Below, piece after piece: positions 38,991 through 50,971 of a DNA stretch of 64,000 bases. How positions within the stretch are numbered: position 1 is the stretch's first letter; each line of letters opens with the position of its first letter. The notes beneath the pieces were generated by a model. It saw only the letters and a list, made by a program, of their open reading frames with translations, did not search any database and had not been told where the DNA came from. The DNA is from Oscillospiraceae bacterium. Lineage in GTDB: Bacteria; Bacillota; Clostridia; Oscillospirales; Acutalibacteraceae. The position numbers and the translations under genes were made by a program. The DNA lies in assembly GCA_015066085.1 (NCBI GenBank), contig SVPA01000008.1:448-64447 (forward strand), read 5' to 3'.

Positions 38991-40370
38991 ATGCACAAAC
39001 AAAACAGAGGAATGGTAGAGGGTCCGCTTTTTTCGGGGATGATGTTTTATACCATTCCGATTATAATAAGCGGAATTCTTCAACTTCTTTTCAATGCGGC
39101 CGACCTTGTAATAGTCGGTCAATTTGGTCAGTCGGGAAGTAATGCGGTTGCTGCCGTAGGCTGTACAGGAGCAATTTCTGCTCTTATAATTAACTTTTTT
39201 ATTGGTTTTTCGGCGGGAAGCGGAGTAACTGTTGCCCATGCAATCGGAGCAAAGGACAGTGACTATGTTCATAAAGCCGTCCATACAATAATTCCTTTAG
39301 CAATAATTGGCGGAACTGTTATTTCGGTTATTGGTGTCTTCCTTGCAGAGCCCCTTTTAATTTTAATGGATACACCCGCCGAAATATTGCCCCTTGCCAT
39401 AACTTATATGCAAATAATCTTTGCGGGCACTTTGCCTAATGTGGTTTACAATTTCGGCTCCTCGGTTCTTCGTGCCGCGGGAGATTCTAAACGGCCCCTA
39501 TATTTTTTACTTATTGCAGGGGTTATAAATTTAGGACTTAACTTAATTTTTGTTTTGTGCCTTAAAATGGATATTGCGGGCGTTGCCCTTGCAACTATAA
39601 TTTCTTATTTGGTTTCGGCTGTTTTAGTAGTCTTCGCTTTAATTAAAAGGCAAGATGATTGTAAATTAAATCTTAAAAAAATTCGCTTTCACCCAGAACC
39701 TCTTAAAAAAATATTTAGAATGGGCTTTCCTGCGGGAATTCAGTCTTCTATTTTCTCGGTCTCAAATGTAATAATTCAAACTTCGCTTAACGGACTTGAC
39801 GCTATTCCGCAGTACGCCGGTGTTGTTGCGGGAAGCGCCGCCGCCACAAATATCCAAAACTTTGCCTTTATGACAAACGAAGGCTTTAGGCAAACAGCAA
39901 TGAACTATATCGGTCAAAACTCGGCGGCAGGCCGTTTTGACCGAGTTCGGAAAATTTCTCACATTTGTTTTATGTCCACCGCCGTTTTAGGAGTTATTGT
40001 TGGAATTTTACTAACGATATTTTCAAAACCGCTCCTTTCAATCTATATTACCGACTCACCCCAAGCGGTTTATTGGGGTAGTGTCAGAATGATGTATATT
40101 TGTCTTCCGTTTTTTATAGCGGGTCTTATGGATGTAACAACAGGCGTATTAAGAGGTCTTGGTCAATCTGTTTTCCCAATGATTGCCTCAATAATGGGAA
40201 TTTGTGTTTTGCGCGTCGCGTGGATTTATACCATCTTTAAGATTCCTGCTTTTCACACACCCGAGTCGCTCTTTATCTCTTATATAATCTCTTGGGTACT
40301 TACCTTTATAGTTCAATATGTAGTAATAAAAATTGTTATAAATAAAAAGTTAAGAGCACATAAAAGATAG
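38991..40370 (+). CDS. MATE family efflux transporter
   Basis: 12-TM pattern with P.....L.Q.LFN..D...VG and typical MATE repeats. I moved the start to the ATG at 38991 (after gagggtga), because the ORF-track start overlaps a terminator and a promoter. Confidence 0.85.
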   Translation: MHKQNRGMVEGPLFSGMMFYTIPIIISGILQLLFNAADLVIVGQFGQSGSNAVAAVGCTGAISALIINFFIGFSAGSGVTVAHAIGAKDSDYVHKAVHTIIPLAIIGGTVISVIGVFLAEPLLILMDTPAEILPLAITYMQIIFAGTLPNVVYNFGSSVLRAAGDSKRPLYFLLIAGVINLGLNLIFVLCLKMDIAGVALATIISYLVSAVLVVFALIKRQDDCKLNLKKIRFHPEPLKKIFRMGFPAGIQSSIFSVSNVIIQTSLNGLDAIPQYAGVVAGSAAATNIQNFAFMTNEGFRQTAMNYIGQNSAAGRFDRVRKISHICFMSTAVLGVIVGILLTIFSKPLLSIYITDSPQAVYWGSVRMMYICLPFFIAGLMDVTTGVLRGLGQSVFPMIASIMGICVLRVAWIYTIFKIPAFHTPESLFISYIISWVLTFIVQYVVIKIVINKKLRAHKR

Positions 40371-40384
40371 AGGAGATAATAAGA

Positions 40385-41167
40385 ATGAAGGTTAATCTTC
40401 ACACCCATACCTTCCTTTGCGGTCATGCAACGGGAACACCCGAAGAATATATTAAAAGAGCAATAGAAAACGACATTAAAGTATTAGGCTTTTCGGAACA
40501 CGCTCCCTTCGTTTTTCCTGACGGCTTTGAGTTTAGTTATCGTGTTCCTATGTCAAGAGCCGAAGAATATGTTGAAACTTTAAAATTCTTACGAGAAAAA
40601 TATAAAGATGAGATAAAAATCCATATCGGTTTTGAAATTGAGTATTTTCCTCTTTATTTTAAGGATATGTACAAAATCGTAAAAGAACTTGGAGCAGAAT
40701 ATCTTATACTTGGACAGCACTTTATAAAGAATGGCTATCCTGATGGTTGTTATGTTGGAATGACACAACGGCCTATGTCTGACCTTACTGAGTATGTAGA
40801 CTGTGTAATTGAGGCAATAAATACGGGTGTATTTACTTATATAGCCCACCCCGACTTAATTGAGGCGACTTCCGATATGCAGTTGTACAGGCAGGAAATG
40901 ACCCGTCTTTGTAAAGAGGCAAAAAAATGCGATATACCGCTTGAAATAAATTTCTACGGAATTCGTGACCACCGTTTTTATCCGTTTGATGAATTTTGGA
41001 AAATCGCGGGTCAAGTTGGCTGTAAAGCGGTCTTCGGTTTTGACTCTCACGATACTCCATCTGCCTTTGACGAATACTCAATACCATTCGCAAAGGAAAT
41101 CGTTTCTAAATACGGGCTAATCTTAGTTGAAGAGCCCGAAATTATTCCTTTACCCAGTCGGTTTTAA
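40385..41167 (+). CDS. PHP-domain phosphoesterase, HisJ-family histidinol-phosphatase paralogue
   Basis: VNLHTHTFLCGHA, GFSEH, HIGFE and AHPDL metal-ligand motifs. It is a second PHP paralogue, outside the his operon. Confidence 0.72.
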   Translation: MKVNLHTHTFLCGHATGTPEEYIKRAIENDIKVLGFSEHAPFVFPDGFEFSYRVPMSRAEEYVETLKFLREKYKDEIKIHIGFEIEYFPLYFKDMYKIVKELGAEYLILGQHFIKNGYPDGCYVGMTQRPMSDLTEYVDCVIEAINTGVFTYIAHPDLIEATSDMQLYRQEMTRLCKEAKKCDIPLEINFYGIRDHRFYPFDEFWKIAGQVGCKAVFGFDSHDTPSAFDEYSIPFAKEIVSKYGLILVEEPEIIPLPSRF

Positions 41168-41220
41168 AAGATTGAAATAATAAGTAAAATGTAATAAAGT
41201 AACTATATGAGGTGTCCGTT

Positions 41221-41844
41221 ATGAATAAAAACTTTGTTATAACAATCGGTCGAGAGTTCGGAAGCGGAGGACACGAAATTGCGTGTAAAGTTGCCCAAAA
41301 ACTTGGCATCAAGGTTTATGATAAAGAGTTTATCGGTATGATTGCTAAAAACAGCGGAATGAGCGAGGAGATTCTTCGAGAAATTGATGAAACCGCAACA
41401 AATAGTTTTTTATACGCTCTTTCTTCGGGCGCTTTTTCGGGGGCTCAAATGTTAACCTCAAGGTCGGTAACCCTTCCGATTACCGATAAAGCCTATATAA
41501 ATTGCTCAAACATTATTAAAGATATTGCCGATAAAGAATCTTGCGTAATAGTAGGACGTTGTGCAAATTCAATTCTAAAAGACAGAGATAATGTTCTTTC
41601 CGTATTCGTATACGCCGACCTTAAGCAGCGAATAAAACGTATAAGTGAGGGCAAGGGCATTTCTTATGAAGAGGCGGAAACTCTGATTAAAAAAACTGAT
41701 AAAAAGAGAGCGAACTATCATAACTATTATGCCGATACCCGTTGGGGCGCAAGAACGGCATACGACCTGTGTATAAACAGTAAAATCGGCACTGAAACGG
41801 CATCGGAAATGATAGTGACCGCCGTTAGTGCTTTACAAAAATAA
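41221..41844 (+). CDS. Cytidylate kinase-like family protein (P-loop)
   Basis: ITIGREFGSGGHEIA near the N-terminus and the RANYHNYY motif near the C-terminus. Start at the ATG at 41221, after gaggtg. Confidence 0.7.
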   Translation: MNKNFVITIGREFGSGGHEIACKVAQKLGIKVYDKEFIGMIAKNSGMSEEILREIDETATNSFLYALSSGAFSGAQMLTSRSVTLPITDKAYINCSNIIKDIADKESCVIVGRCANSILKDRDNVLSVFVYADLKQRIKRISEGKGISYEEAETLIKKTDKKRANYHNYYADTRWGARTAYDLCINSKIGTETASEMIVTAVSALQK

Positions 41845-41897
41845 TTCACTAAAACACCTCGTCTTTCGTAATATATATTGCGAAAGGCAGTGATTTA

Positions 41898-44584
<2,687 letters not shown>

Positions 44585-44588
44585 ACAC

Positions 44589-44621
44589 AAAAAAATCCTC
44601 GCTAAAAGCGAGGATTTTTTG
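44589..44621. terminator. Bidirectional rho-independent terminator between convergent ligA and secF
   Basis: aaaaatcctcgc taaaa gcgaggattttt, with an A-run and a T-run on either side. Confidence 0.8.
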
Positions 44622-44631
44622 TTTGTAAATA

Positions 44632-45585
44632 TTATCTTCTTTTCTTGCTTTTGGCTTTTTTGGGGCCTTTCTTTTCCTGCTTGTTTTTCCAGATAACCCA
44701 AAGGGGCGCCGAAATAAACAGTGATGAAAGAGAACCGGAAACAAGACCGAAAGCCATAGGAATTGCAAAACTTCTGAGACTTGAAATACCAAAAATTTCT
44801 GCAACAACTATAATCATAACAACCGCAAGGAATGTAGTTGTAGTTGTAACAATGGTTCTAATCTTAACAGTGTTAAGACTCTCGTTTACAAGTTCTGCGG
44901 TAGTAGCGTTGGGATAGATTCCCTTGTTTTCACGAACACGGTCGTAAATAACGATTGTGTCGTTGAGCGAGTAACCGAGAATTGTAAGAATAACGGCTAA
45001 GAAGGTCATATCAACTTCAAGACCGAACATTGTGCAGGTAAAGAAGGCAACCAAAATATCAATTATAAGGGCAACAAATGCTGTAATTGCTGCCGAAACA
45101 CCGCCGATTTTTCTAAAACGGATTCCAACATATAAGATAACTAAAACGGCAGTAATCAGTACAGAAACCATTGCCTTTGCAAAGAAGTTTCCCGCAACGC
45201 TTCCTGCTACCGAGTTAGATTCTGCAAGTTTTATGTTGTTATTTGGGAACTGCTTTGCAAGTATTGTGTCAAGGTTTTGCTGAGCCTCGTTGGAAAGGGC
45301 TTCGCTGCTAGCCAAAGTAATTGTAATCTTCTGGCTGTCGCCTGTAAGACCTGAACTTGTTGTAACGGAAACTTTTTTAGAAAGTGTTTCCTCGGTTAAA
45401 GCATCTACCTTATCGGTATCAAGTTCTCCCGAGTAGGAGTAAACAAGTCTTGTACCACCCTTAAAATCAATAGAAAGGTTAACTCCGAAAATAAGGGTTA
45501 AAATGGTTGCAATAAGGAAGAAAATTGCATATCCGATTAAAACAAACTTAAAGCATTTATTAAAATCAATATTCTTCTTAAACAT
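44632..45585 (-). CDS. secF: Protein translocase subunit SecF
   Basis: DF.GGT, then a 6-TM region with the YDR.REN motif. 8-nt overlap with secD. Confidence 0.9.
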   Translation of the reverse strand: MFKKNIDFNKCFKFVLIGYAIFFLIATILTLIFGVNLSIDFKGGTRLVYSYSGELDTDKVDALTEETLSKKVSVTTSSGLTGDSQKITITLASSEALSNEAQQNLDTILAKQFPNNNIKLAESNSVAGSVAGNFFAKAMVSVLITAVLVILYVGIRFRKIGGVSAAITAFVALIIDILVAFFTCTMFGLEVDMTFLAVILTILGYSLNDTIVIYDRVRENKGIYPNATTAELVNESLNTVKIRTIVTTTTTFLAVVMIIVVAEIFGISSLRSFAIPMAFGLVSGSLSSLFISAPLWVIWKNKQEKKGPKKAKSKKRR

Positions 45586-46966
45586 TTTTCTTACCTCCGT
45601 ATAAAGCAGGTTTTCTGAACACTTTTATGCGGGAAATGCTCTTAACCATAAGTCTGGAAGCAACAATACCGAGAATAAGGTTGAATATTGTACCAATAAG
45701 TAAGGTGTAACCGAAGGAATAAATGCTACCCGTAATGGTCGTTCCAAAGAGGTTCATAATGGGGGAAAGAAGGGTTGAAAGAACATTGTTTTCGGCACCA
45801 AACGAGCCCATAAGCACGAGAGATACGATAATAATTGTCATATTGCCGTCGATAATTGCACTAAGACTGTTCTTATAACCCGAAGCAATAGCACCGTCGA
45901 TAGTTTTGCCTTTTTCAAATTCTTCACGAATTCGTTCAGCGGCAATAACATTACAGTCAACACCCACACCGATAGAAAGGATAATACCTGCGATACCGGG
46001 AATGGTAAGGGTGAAACTGTCAAATACGGGGAAGTAACCTGAGATACATGCAATCATTGCACCAACCTGACCGAGAAGAGCGATTGAAGCAACAGCACCG
46101 AGAAGTCTGTAACGAAGAATCATAATTACGCAAATTACTGCAAACGCACAGATTCCGGCGATTAGCATTACCATAAGAGCGTTAGAGCCAAGGGTCGGAG
46201 TAATAATCTGCATCTTTGATTCATCAACAGTAAGACCAAAGGGAAGTGCACCCGAATGAATCTGGTTAGCAAGAGAAGCGGCGCTTTCTGCAGTAAAGTC
46301 GCCTGTTATAACGGCTTCTCCGTTGGTAATGGCGTTTTGAACTTTGGCGTCTGAAATTCTGTATTCGTCATCAGTGCCGCCGTCCATCCATATAGAAATG
46401 GTGCTTCCAATATTCTCGCTTGTAGCCTGAGCAAACTGTGATGTGCCGACTGCGTCAAACTTAAGTGCAACATGATGTCCCATTTGACTGTTATAAGCGT
46501 AGGTTGCCGAAACAACTCTTGAGCCGTCCACTAAAACCGTGTCAGAGGTTGAGCCTTTACAGAAGGTTAACTTAGCGGTTTGACCGAGTTCGTCAATCTG
46601 TGCTTTAGGGTCAAAATCGGTCTGGTCAGAAGACCAAGGGAAACGAACGATAATTTGATGATTATCTACATCGGTGTAAACCTCATAGTCGGTTATGTTT
46701 TTACCAACCAGTCGAGTTTCGATAATTGCTTTGGCCGCAGCCATATCATTGTCGGTAATTTTATCGACATCTTTATCGGGAGCGAAAACGGCTTCAACAC
46801 CGCCCCTTATGTCGATACCCCAACGAATATCTTTTGCTCCTTTAAAATAAAGGTTGCGTGTGTCGCCGAAATAGTTCTCCACGCCGAAGAACGCCGTATA
46901 GGTAAGTGCAAGAATAATCGCAACAATTGCGAAAAACACCCACTTGCCGGTTTTTTTTGCTTTCAT
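45578..46966 (-). CDS. secD: Protein translocase subunit SecD
   Basis: GIDIRGG periplasmic-domain motif and a C-terminal 6-TM region with G.GVD.NV...ERIREE. Confidence 0.9.
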   Translation of the reverse strand: MKAKKTGKWVFFAIVAIILALTYTAFFGVENYFGDTRNLYFKGAKDIRWGIDIRGGVEAVFAPDKDVDKITDNDMAAAKAIIETRLVGKNITDYEVYTDVDNHQIIVRFPWSSDQTDFDPKAQIDELGQTAKLTFCKGSTSDTVLVDGSRVVSATYAYNSQMGHHVALKFDAVGTSQFAQATSENIGSTISIWMDGGTDDEYRISDAKVQNAITNGEAVITGDFTAESAASLANQIHSGALPFGLTVDESKMQIITPTLGSNALMVMLIAGICAFAVICVIMILRYRLLGAVASIALLGQVGAMIACISGYFPVFDSFTLTIPGIAGIILSIGVGVDCNVIAAERIREEFEKGKTIDGAIASGYKNSLSAIIDGNMTIIIVSLVLMGSFGAENNVLSTLLSPIMNLFGTTITGSIYSFGYTLLIGTIFNLILGIVASRLMVKSISRIKVFRKPALYGGKKNV

Positions 46967-47063
46967 TGGCTTTAACCTCCGATAATAAAATACTGAACAT
47001 CTTTTTTAGTTCAATAAAACTAAAGTTAATTATACTGTGAAAAAATCTTTAAGTCAACCTTAA

Positions 47064-48341
47064 TTATATATTCTTTAACAGTTTTTCAAGTGCCGCATAT
47101 TTTACTGCAATACATAGCACTTTAGCGGCAAGGTCGAGTTCGTCAACAGAGGGGAAAGAGGGGGCAATACGAAGATTGCTGTCATCAGGGTCTTTTCCGT
47201 AGGGGAAGGTTGCTCCCGGTGTTGTAATTATCAGACCAACCTCTTTGCAGAGTTCTCCGACTCGTTTAGCACAGCAGGGGAGAACTTCCATACTTATAAA
47301 GTATCCGCCTCTGGGTCTGGTCCAAGTGGCAATTTCCTTGCCGCCAAGAGCCTCTTCAAATCTTTTAAGACAAGCCTCAAACTTTGGACGAAGAATGTCA
47401 GAATGCTTTTTCATCTGTGAAAGTAAAGCCTCATATGTGGGGAACATTCTTGCGTGAGCAAGTTGATTTATCTTGTTTGGACCAATTGTTTGAACGGTCA
47501 TTCGTGATTTAAGGAGTTTAATGTTCAGGTCACTTGCGGCAACCGCAGCAACTCCGGAACCGGGATAGGTAATTTTAGAAGTTGAGGTAAACTGGAACAC
47601 CATATCCTCATTTGAATGCTTTTTACATTCTTCATAAATGTTTAAAAGCGAGTCACTCTCGTCATATAGGTCGTGAATTACATAAGCGTTGTCCCACATA
47701 ATTCTGAAATCTTTAGCGGCAGGTTTAAGTGACGCAATTCTTTTAACGGTTTCGTCGCTATAGGTAAGGCCTAAAGGATTGGAATATTTTGGAACACACC
47801 ACATGCCCTTAACAAGCGGGTCTTTTACAAGTTCTTCAATAGCGTCCATATCAGGTCCGTTATTGGTGTACTTTACTGTAATCATTTCAATACCGAAGTA
47901 CTCGCAGATGCCAAAATGGCGGTCATATCCCGGAGCCGGACAAAGAAATTTGATTTTTCCTTGGTTTAGCCAGGGCCCCTGACCAAAACCTGTAACCATT
48001 CCTTGTGTGATTATATCAAACATAAGATTTAACGAAGCGTTGTTTGAACATATAATGTTTTCGGGGTTCATGCCAAGAACCTGACCAAAAAGTCTTTTAA
48101 CTTCAGCAAGTCCGTCAAGGCCGCCGTAGTTACGGCAATCGGTTCCGTTTTCGGATTTATATCCTTTATCGCCACCGACATAAGAAAGAAGACCGTCAAC
48201 TAAATCAAGTTGGTCGGCACCGGGCTTTCCTCGCGACATATCTAAAACCAAAGAAGCGTTTTTAACCTCTTCAAATTCTCGTTTTACCGATTCAAATTCT
48301 GTCTTAAGGGCTTCTTTAGACATTGATAAATAACTAGACAT
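47064..48341 (-). CDS. PLP-dependent aminotransferase (class I/II fold, aspartate-aminotransferase-like)
   Basis: DMSRGKPG.DQLDL near the N-terminus and FTSTSKITYPGSG (candidate PLP lysine). 425 aa. Confidence 0.7.
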   Translation of the reverse strand: MSSYLSMSKEALKTEFESVKREFEEVKNASLVLDMSRGKPGADQLDLVDGLLSYVGGDKGYKSENGTDCRNYGGLDGLAEVKRLFGQVLGMNPENIICSNNASLNLMFDIITQGMVTGFGQGPWLNQGKIKFLCPAPGYDRHFGICEYFGIEMITVKYTNNGPDMDAIEELVKDPLVKGMWCVPKYSNPLGLTYSDETVKRIASLKPAAKDFRIMWDNAYVIHDLYDESDSLLNIYEECKKHSNEDMVFQFTSTSKITYPGSGVAAVAASDLNIKLLKSRMTVQTIGPNKINQLAHARMFPTYEALLSQMKKHSDILRPKFEACLKRFEEALGGKEIATWTRPRGGYFISMEVLPCCAKRVGELCKEVGLIITTPGATFPYGKDPDDSNLRIAPSFPSVDELDLAAKVLCIAVKYAALEKLLKNI

Positions 48342-48370
48342 CAGTTTTCCTCCAAATATAATATTTACAT

Positions 48371-48399
48371 ATTATACTACCAATCTTCTTTTATTTCAA
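48371..48399 (-). promoter_or_regulatory. Sigma-A promoter of the aminotransferase gene (TTGAAA-17-TATAAT)
   Basis: Minus strand reads ttgaaa taaaagaagattggtag tataat. Confidence 0.6.
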
Positions 48400-48460
48400 G
48401 AAATTATTTATTCATATTGAAAAACACAACAATATATACAATAAATTGACCTTGTTTTCC

Positions 48461-48489
48461 TTGACAGACAATAAATGTAGTGGTATTAT
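48461..48489 (+). promoter_or_regulatory. Sigma-A promoter of rny (TTGACA-17-TATTAT, TGn extended -10)
   Basis: ttgaca at 48461-48466 and tattat at 48484-48489, preceded by tgg. This leaves a leader of about 130 nt before the ATG at 48621. Confidence 0.6.
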
Positions 48490-48620
48490 ATTAAGTGGTA
48501 ATTGTGGGAAGATGTTTCTTTTTTTAGACTTTGGCGGGTCTAAAAGACTATTCCTTACCCGAGGTAATGCTTCAGCCTCGAAAAATAAATGTTGTTTAAT
48601 ATAAAGGAGGTGCATTTTTA

Positions 48621-50186
48621 ATGCCCGAAATGTTTAGTGAACCTATGTTTTATGTAATTACTGGCATCGTCGCCGTTGTTATTGCGTTAATTTTCTTCCT
48701 TTTAGGTACTGCTTTCAGAAAAATGAAGGCTGAAAAAACTATTGGTTCGGCCGAAACCGAAGCCAAACGCATACTCTCCGACGCTATTCAAAATGCCGAA
48801 GCCCGCAAAAAAGAACTTCTGATTGAAGCAAAAGACGAAGCCCATCAACTTCGCACCGAAACCGACCGTGACCTTCGTGAGAGAAGAAGCGAGGTTCAGC
48901 GTCAGGAAAGACGCCTTCAACAGAAGGAAGAAACCCTTGATAAGAAGATTGAAAACTTTGAAATCAAGGAAGAAAATATTGCAAAACGTGCTAAAGAAGT
49001 AGAAGCAAAACTTGAAGAAAGTGAGCAAATTAAACGCAGTCAACTTGAAATGCTTGAAAGAATTTCAGGCTATTCAAAGGAACAGGCTAAAGATTATCTT
49101 CTTTCTGTTTTAGACGGCGAACTTACTCACGCAAAGGCTGTTAAAATCAGCGAATTTGAACAGCGCACAAAAGAAGAAAGCGAAAATATTGCCCGTGAAA
49201 TTCTTTCCCGTGCAATTCAGCGTTGTGCTGCAGACCATTCGTCTGAGGTAACCGTTTCGGTTGTTCCTCTCCCGAATGACGAAATGAAAGGCCGCATAAT
49301 CGGTCGTGAGGGCCGTAATATTCGTGCTCTCGAAACCGCAACGGGTGTTGACCTTATTATTGATGATACGCCCGAAGCAATTACCGTTTCCAGTTTTGAC
49401 CCGATTCGCCGCGAGGTTGCCCGTCTTGCTATTGAAAAACTCATTACCGACGGAAGAATTCACCCCGCTCGTATTGAGGAAATGGTAGCCAAGGCACAGG
49501 CCGATGTAAATAACACTATTAAGCGTGAAGGTGAGCGTGCTATGCTTGATGCCGGCATACATAACCTTCATCCTGAAATTGTTAAACTTCTCGGTAAACT
49601 TTACTACCGTACAAGTTACGGTCAGAATGTTCTTAACCACTCGCTTGAGGTCTGTCATCTTTCGGGTATAATTGCCGCTGAAATGGGTGTAAATGTAACC
49701 CTTGCAAAACGTGCAGGTCTTTTACACGATATCGGTAAGGCAATTGACCACGAGCAAGAGGGTACTCATATTCAACTTGGTGTTGAGGCAGCGAAAAAAT
49801 ATAAGGAAAATGAAGATGTTATTCATGCTATCCACGCTCACCACGGCGATGTAGAGGCAAAAACGGTTATTGCTTGTATTGTTCAGGCTGCCGACGCTAT
49901 TTCCGCCGCCCGTCCCGGTGCCCGTAGAGAGAATATTGAGAACTATATTAAACGTCTTGAGAAACTTGAGGAAATCGCCAATTCCTTCAGCGGCGTTGAA
50001 AACTCCTTTGCTATTCAGGCAGGCAGAGAGGTTCGTATTGTCGTTAAACCCGAGGTTATCAGTGATGACCAGATGGTTATTGTTGCAAGAGATATTGCAA
50101 ACAAGATTGAAAACGAACTTGACTATCCCGGTCAAATCAAGGTTAATGTAATCCGCGAAAACCGAGCAATCGACTACGCAAAATAA
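48621..50186 (+). CDS. rny: Ribonuclease Y
   Basis: N-terminal TM anchor, long coiled coil, KH domain ([15 protein letters not shown]) and HD domain (LLHDIGKA). 521 aa. Confidence 0.95.
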   Translation: MPEMFSEPMFYVITGIVAVVIALIFFLLGTAFRKMKAEKTIGSAETEAKRILSDAIQNAEARKKELLIEAKDEAHQLRTETDRDLRERRSEVQRQERRLQQKEETLDKKIENFEIKEENIAKRAKEVEAKLEESEQIKRSQLEMLERISGYSKEQAKDYLLSVLDGELTHAKAVKISEFEQRTKEESENIAREILSRAIQRCAADHSSEVTVSVVPLPNDEMKGRIIGREGRNIRALETATGVDLIIDDTPEAITVSSFDPIRREVARLAIEKLITDGRIHPARIEEMVAKAQADVNNTIKREGERAMLDAGIHNLHPEIVKLLGKLYYRTSYGQNVLNHSLEVCHLSGIIAAEMGVNVTLAKRAGLLHDIGKAIDHEQEGTHIQLGVEAAKKYKENEDVIHAIHAHHGDVEAKTVIACIVQAADAISAARPGARRENIENYIKRLEKLEEIANSFSGVENSFAIQAGREVRIVVKPEVISDDQMVIVARDIANKIENELDYPGQIKVNVIRENRAIDYAK

Positions 50187-50191
50187 ACTAA

Positions 50192-50221
50192 AGAGCCAAG
50201 TTGAAACTTGGCTCTTTTTTT
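50192..50221 (+). terminator. Rho-independent terminator after rny
   Basis: agagccaagt tgaa acttggctct followed by TTTTTT. Confidence 0.8.
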
Positions 50222-50281
50222 GTAGATTTTTAAATTCATTTATGGTATAATGAAATAGTTATAGCATTCGAGGTGAATTTT

Positions 50282-50971
50282 ATGAGAATGAGAAAGAAAA
50301 AACACGCTGCCGACCGACTTGATGTTTGCAGAGAACTTATTTTGCCTCTCGCACAGCATGAGGTTGATTACCGAAAGGCAGAAAGCAATCCATCTTATTA
50401 TGATATTCAGGAGATTTTTGGAAATAAAAACCCTTTACACCTTGAAATAGGCTGTGGAAAGGGTCAGTTTATCTGTGAACTTGCCAAAAGGAATCCCAAT
50501 ATAAATTATGTCGCAATAGAGGTTTGTGATGATGTTGCCGTAATTGCGTGTGAGAAGGCAAAAAAAGAAGACCTTAAAAATGTCCGTTTTATGATAACGG
50601 GAGCCGAGTATCTTCTAAAATATTTCCCCAAAAACTCGGTAGAGCGAATTTATCTTAACTTTTCTTGTCCCTTTCCAAAGGTGCGTTATGCTAAACACCG
50701 TCTGACCTCGCCAATATTTTTGCCAATGTATAAAAAGGTGCTTATAAACGGCGGGGAAATTCATCAAAAAACCGATAATATGCACTTTTTTGAGTATTCG
50801 CTTGAAAAATATTCCGAGCAAAATTTCTCTCTTAAAAATCTTTCTCTAGACCTTCATAACAGCGGTTTTGAAGGTAACATTATAACCGAGTATGAAAAGC
50901 GCTTTTTAGACCTTGGACAGCCTATCTATCGGGTCGAGGCAATTTGCAAAAAAGGAGAAAACAATGACTAA
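50282..50971 (+). CDS. trmB: tRNA (guanine46-N7)-methyltransferase
   Basis: LEIGCGKGQF SAM motif and NFSCPFPK / H...RL motifs. Start at the ATG at 50282, after gaggtg. An extended -10 (tgg tataat) sits at 50243-50251. Confidence 0.88.
   Translation: MRMRKKKHAADRLDVCRELILPLAQHEVDYRKAESNPSYYDIQEIFGNKNPLHLEIGCGKGQFICELAKRNPNINYVAIEVCDDVAVIACEKAKKEDLKNVRFMITGAEYLLKYFPKNSVERIYLNFSCPFPKVRYAKHRLTSPIFLPMYKKVLINGGEIHQKTDNMHFFEYSLEKYSEQNFSLKNLSLDLHNSGFEGNIITEYEKRFLDLGQPIYRVEAICKKGENND

Noticed and set aside
48412-48615. 67-aa minus-strand ORF between the aminotransferase gene and rny
   Set aside because: It lies across the divergent promoter region and the rny leader, has no RBS, and has AT-rich low-complexity sequence.
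50913-50963. ORF-track start of the CobW-like gene at 50913
   Set aside because: It would overlap trmB by 59 nt with no RBS. The ATG at 50964 follows aaaggagaaa and places the Walker A motif at the usual distance from the N-terminus.
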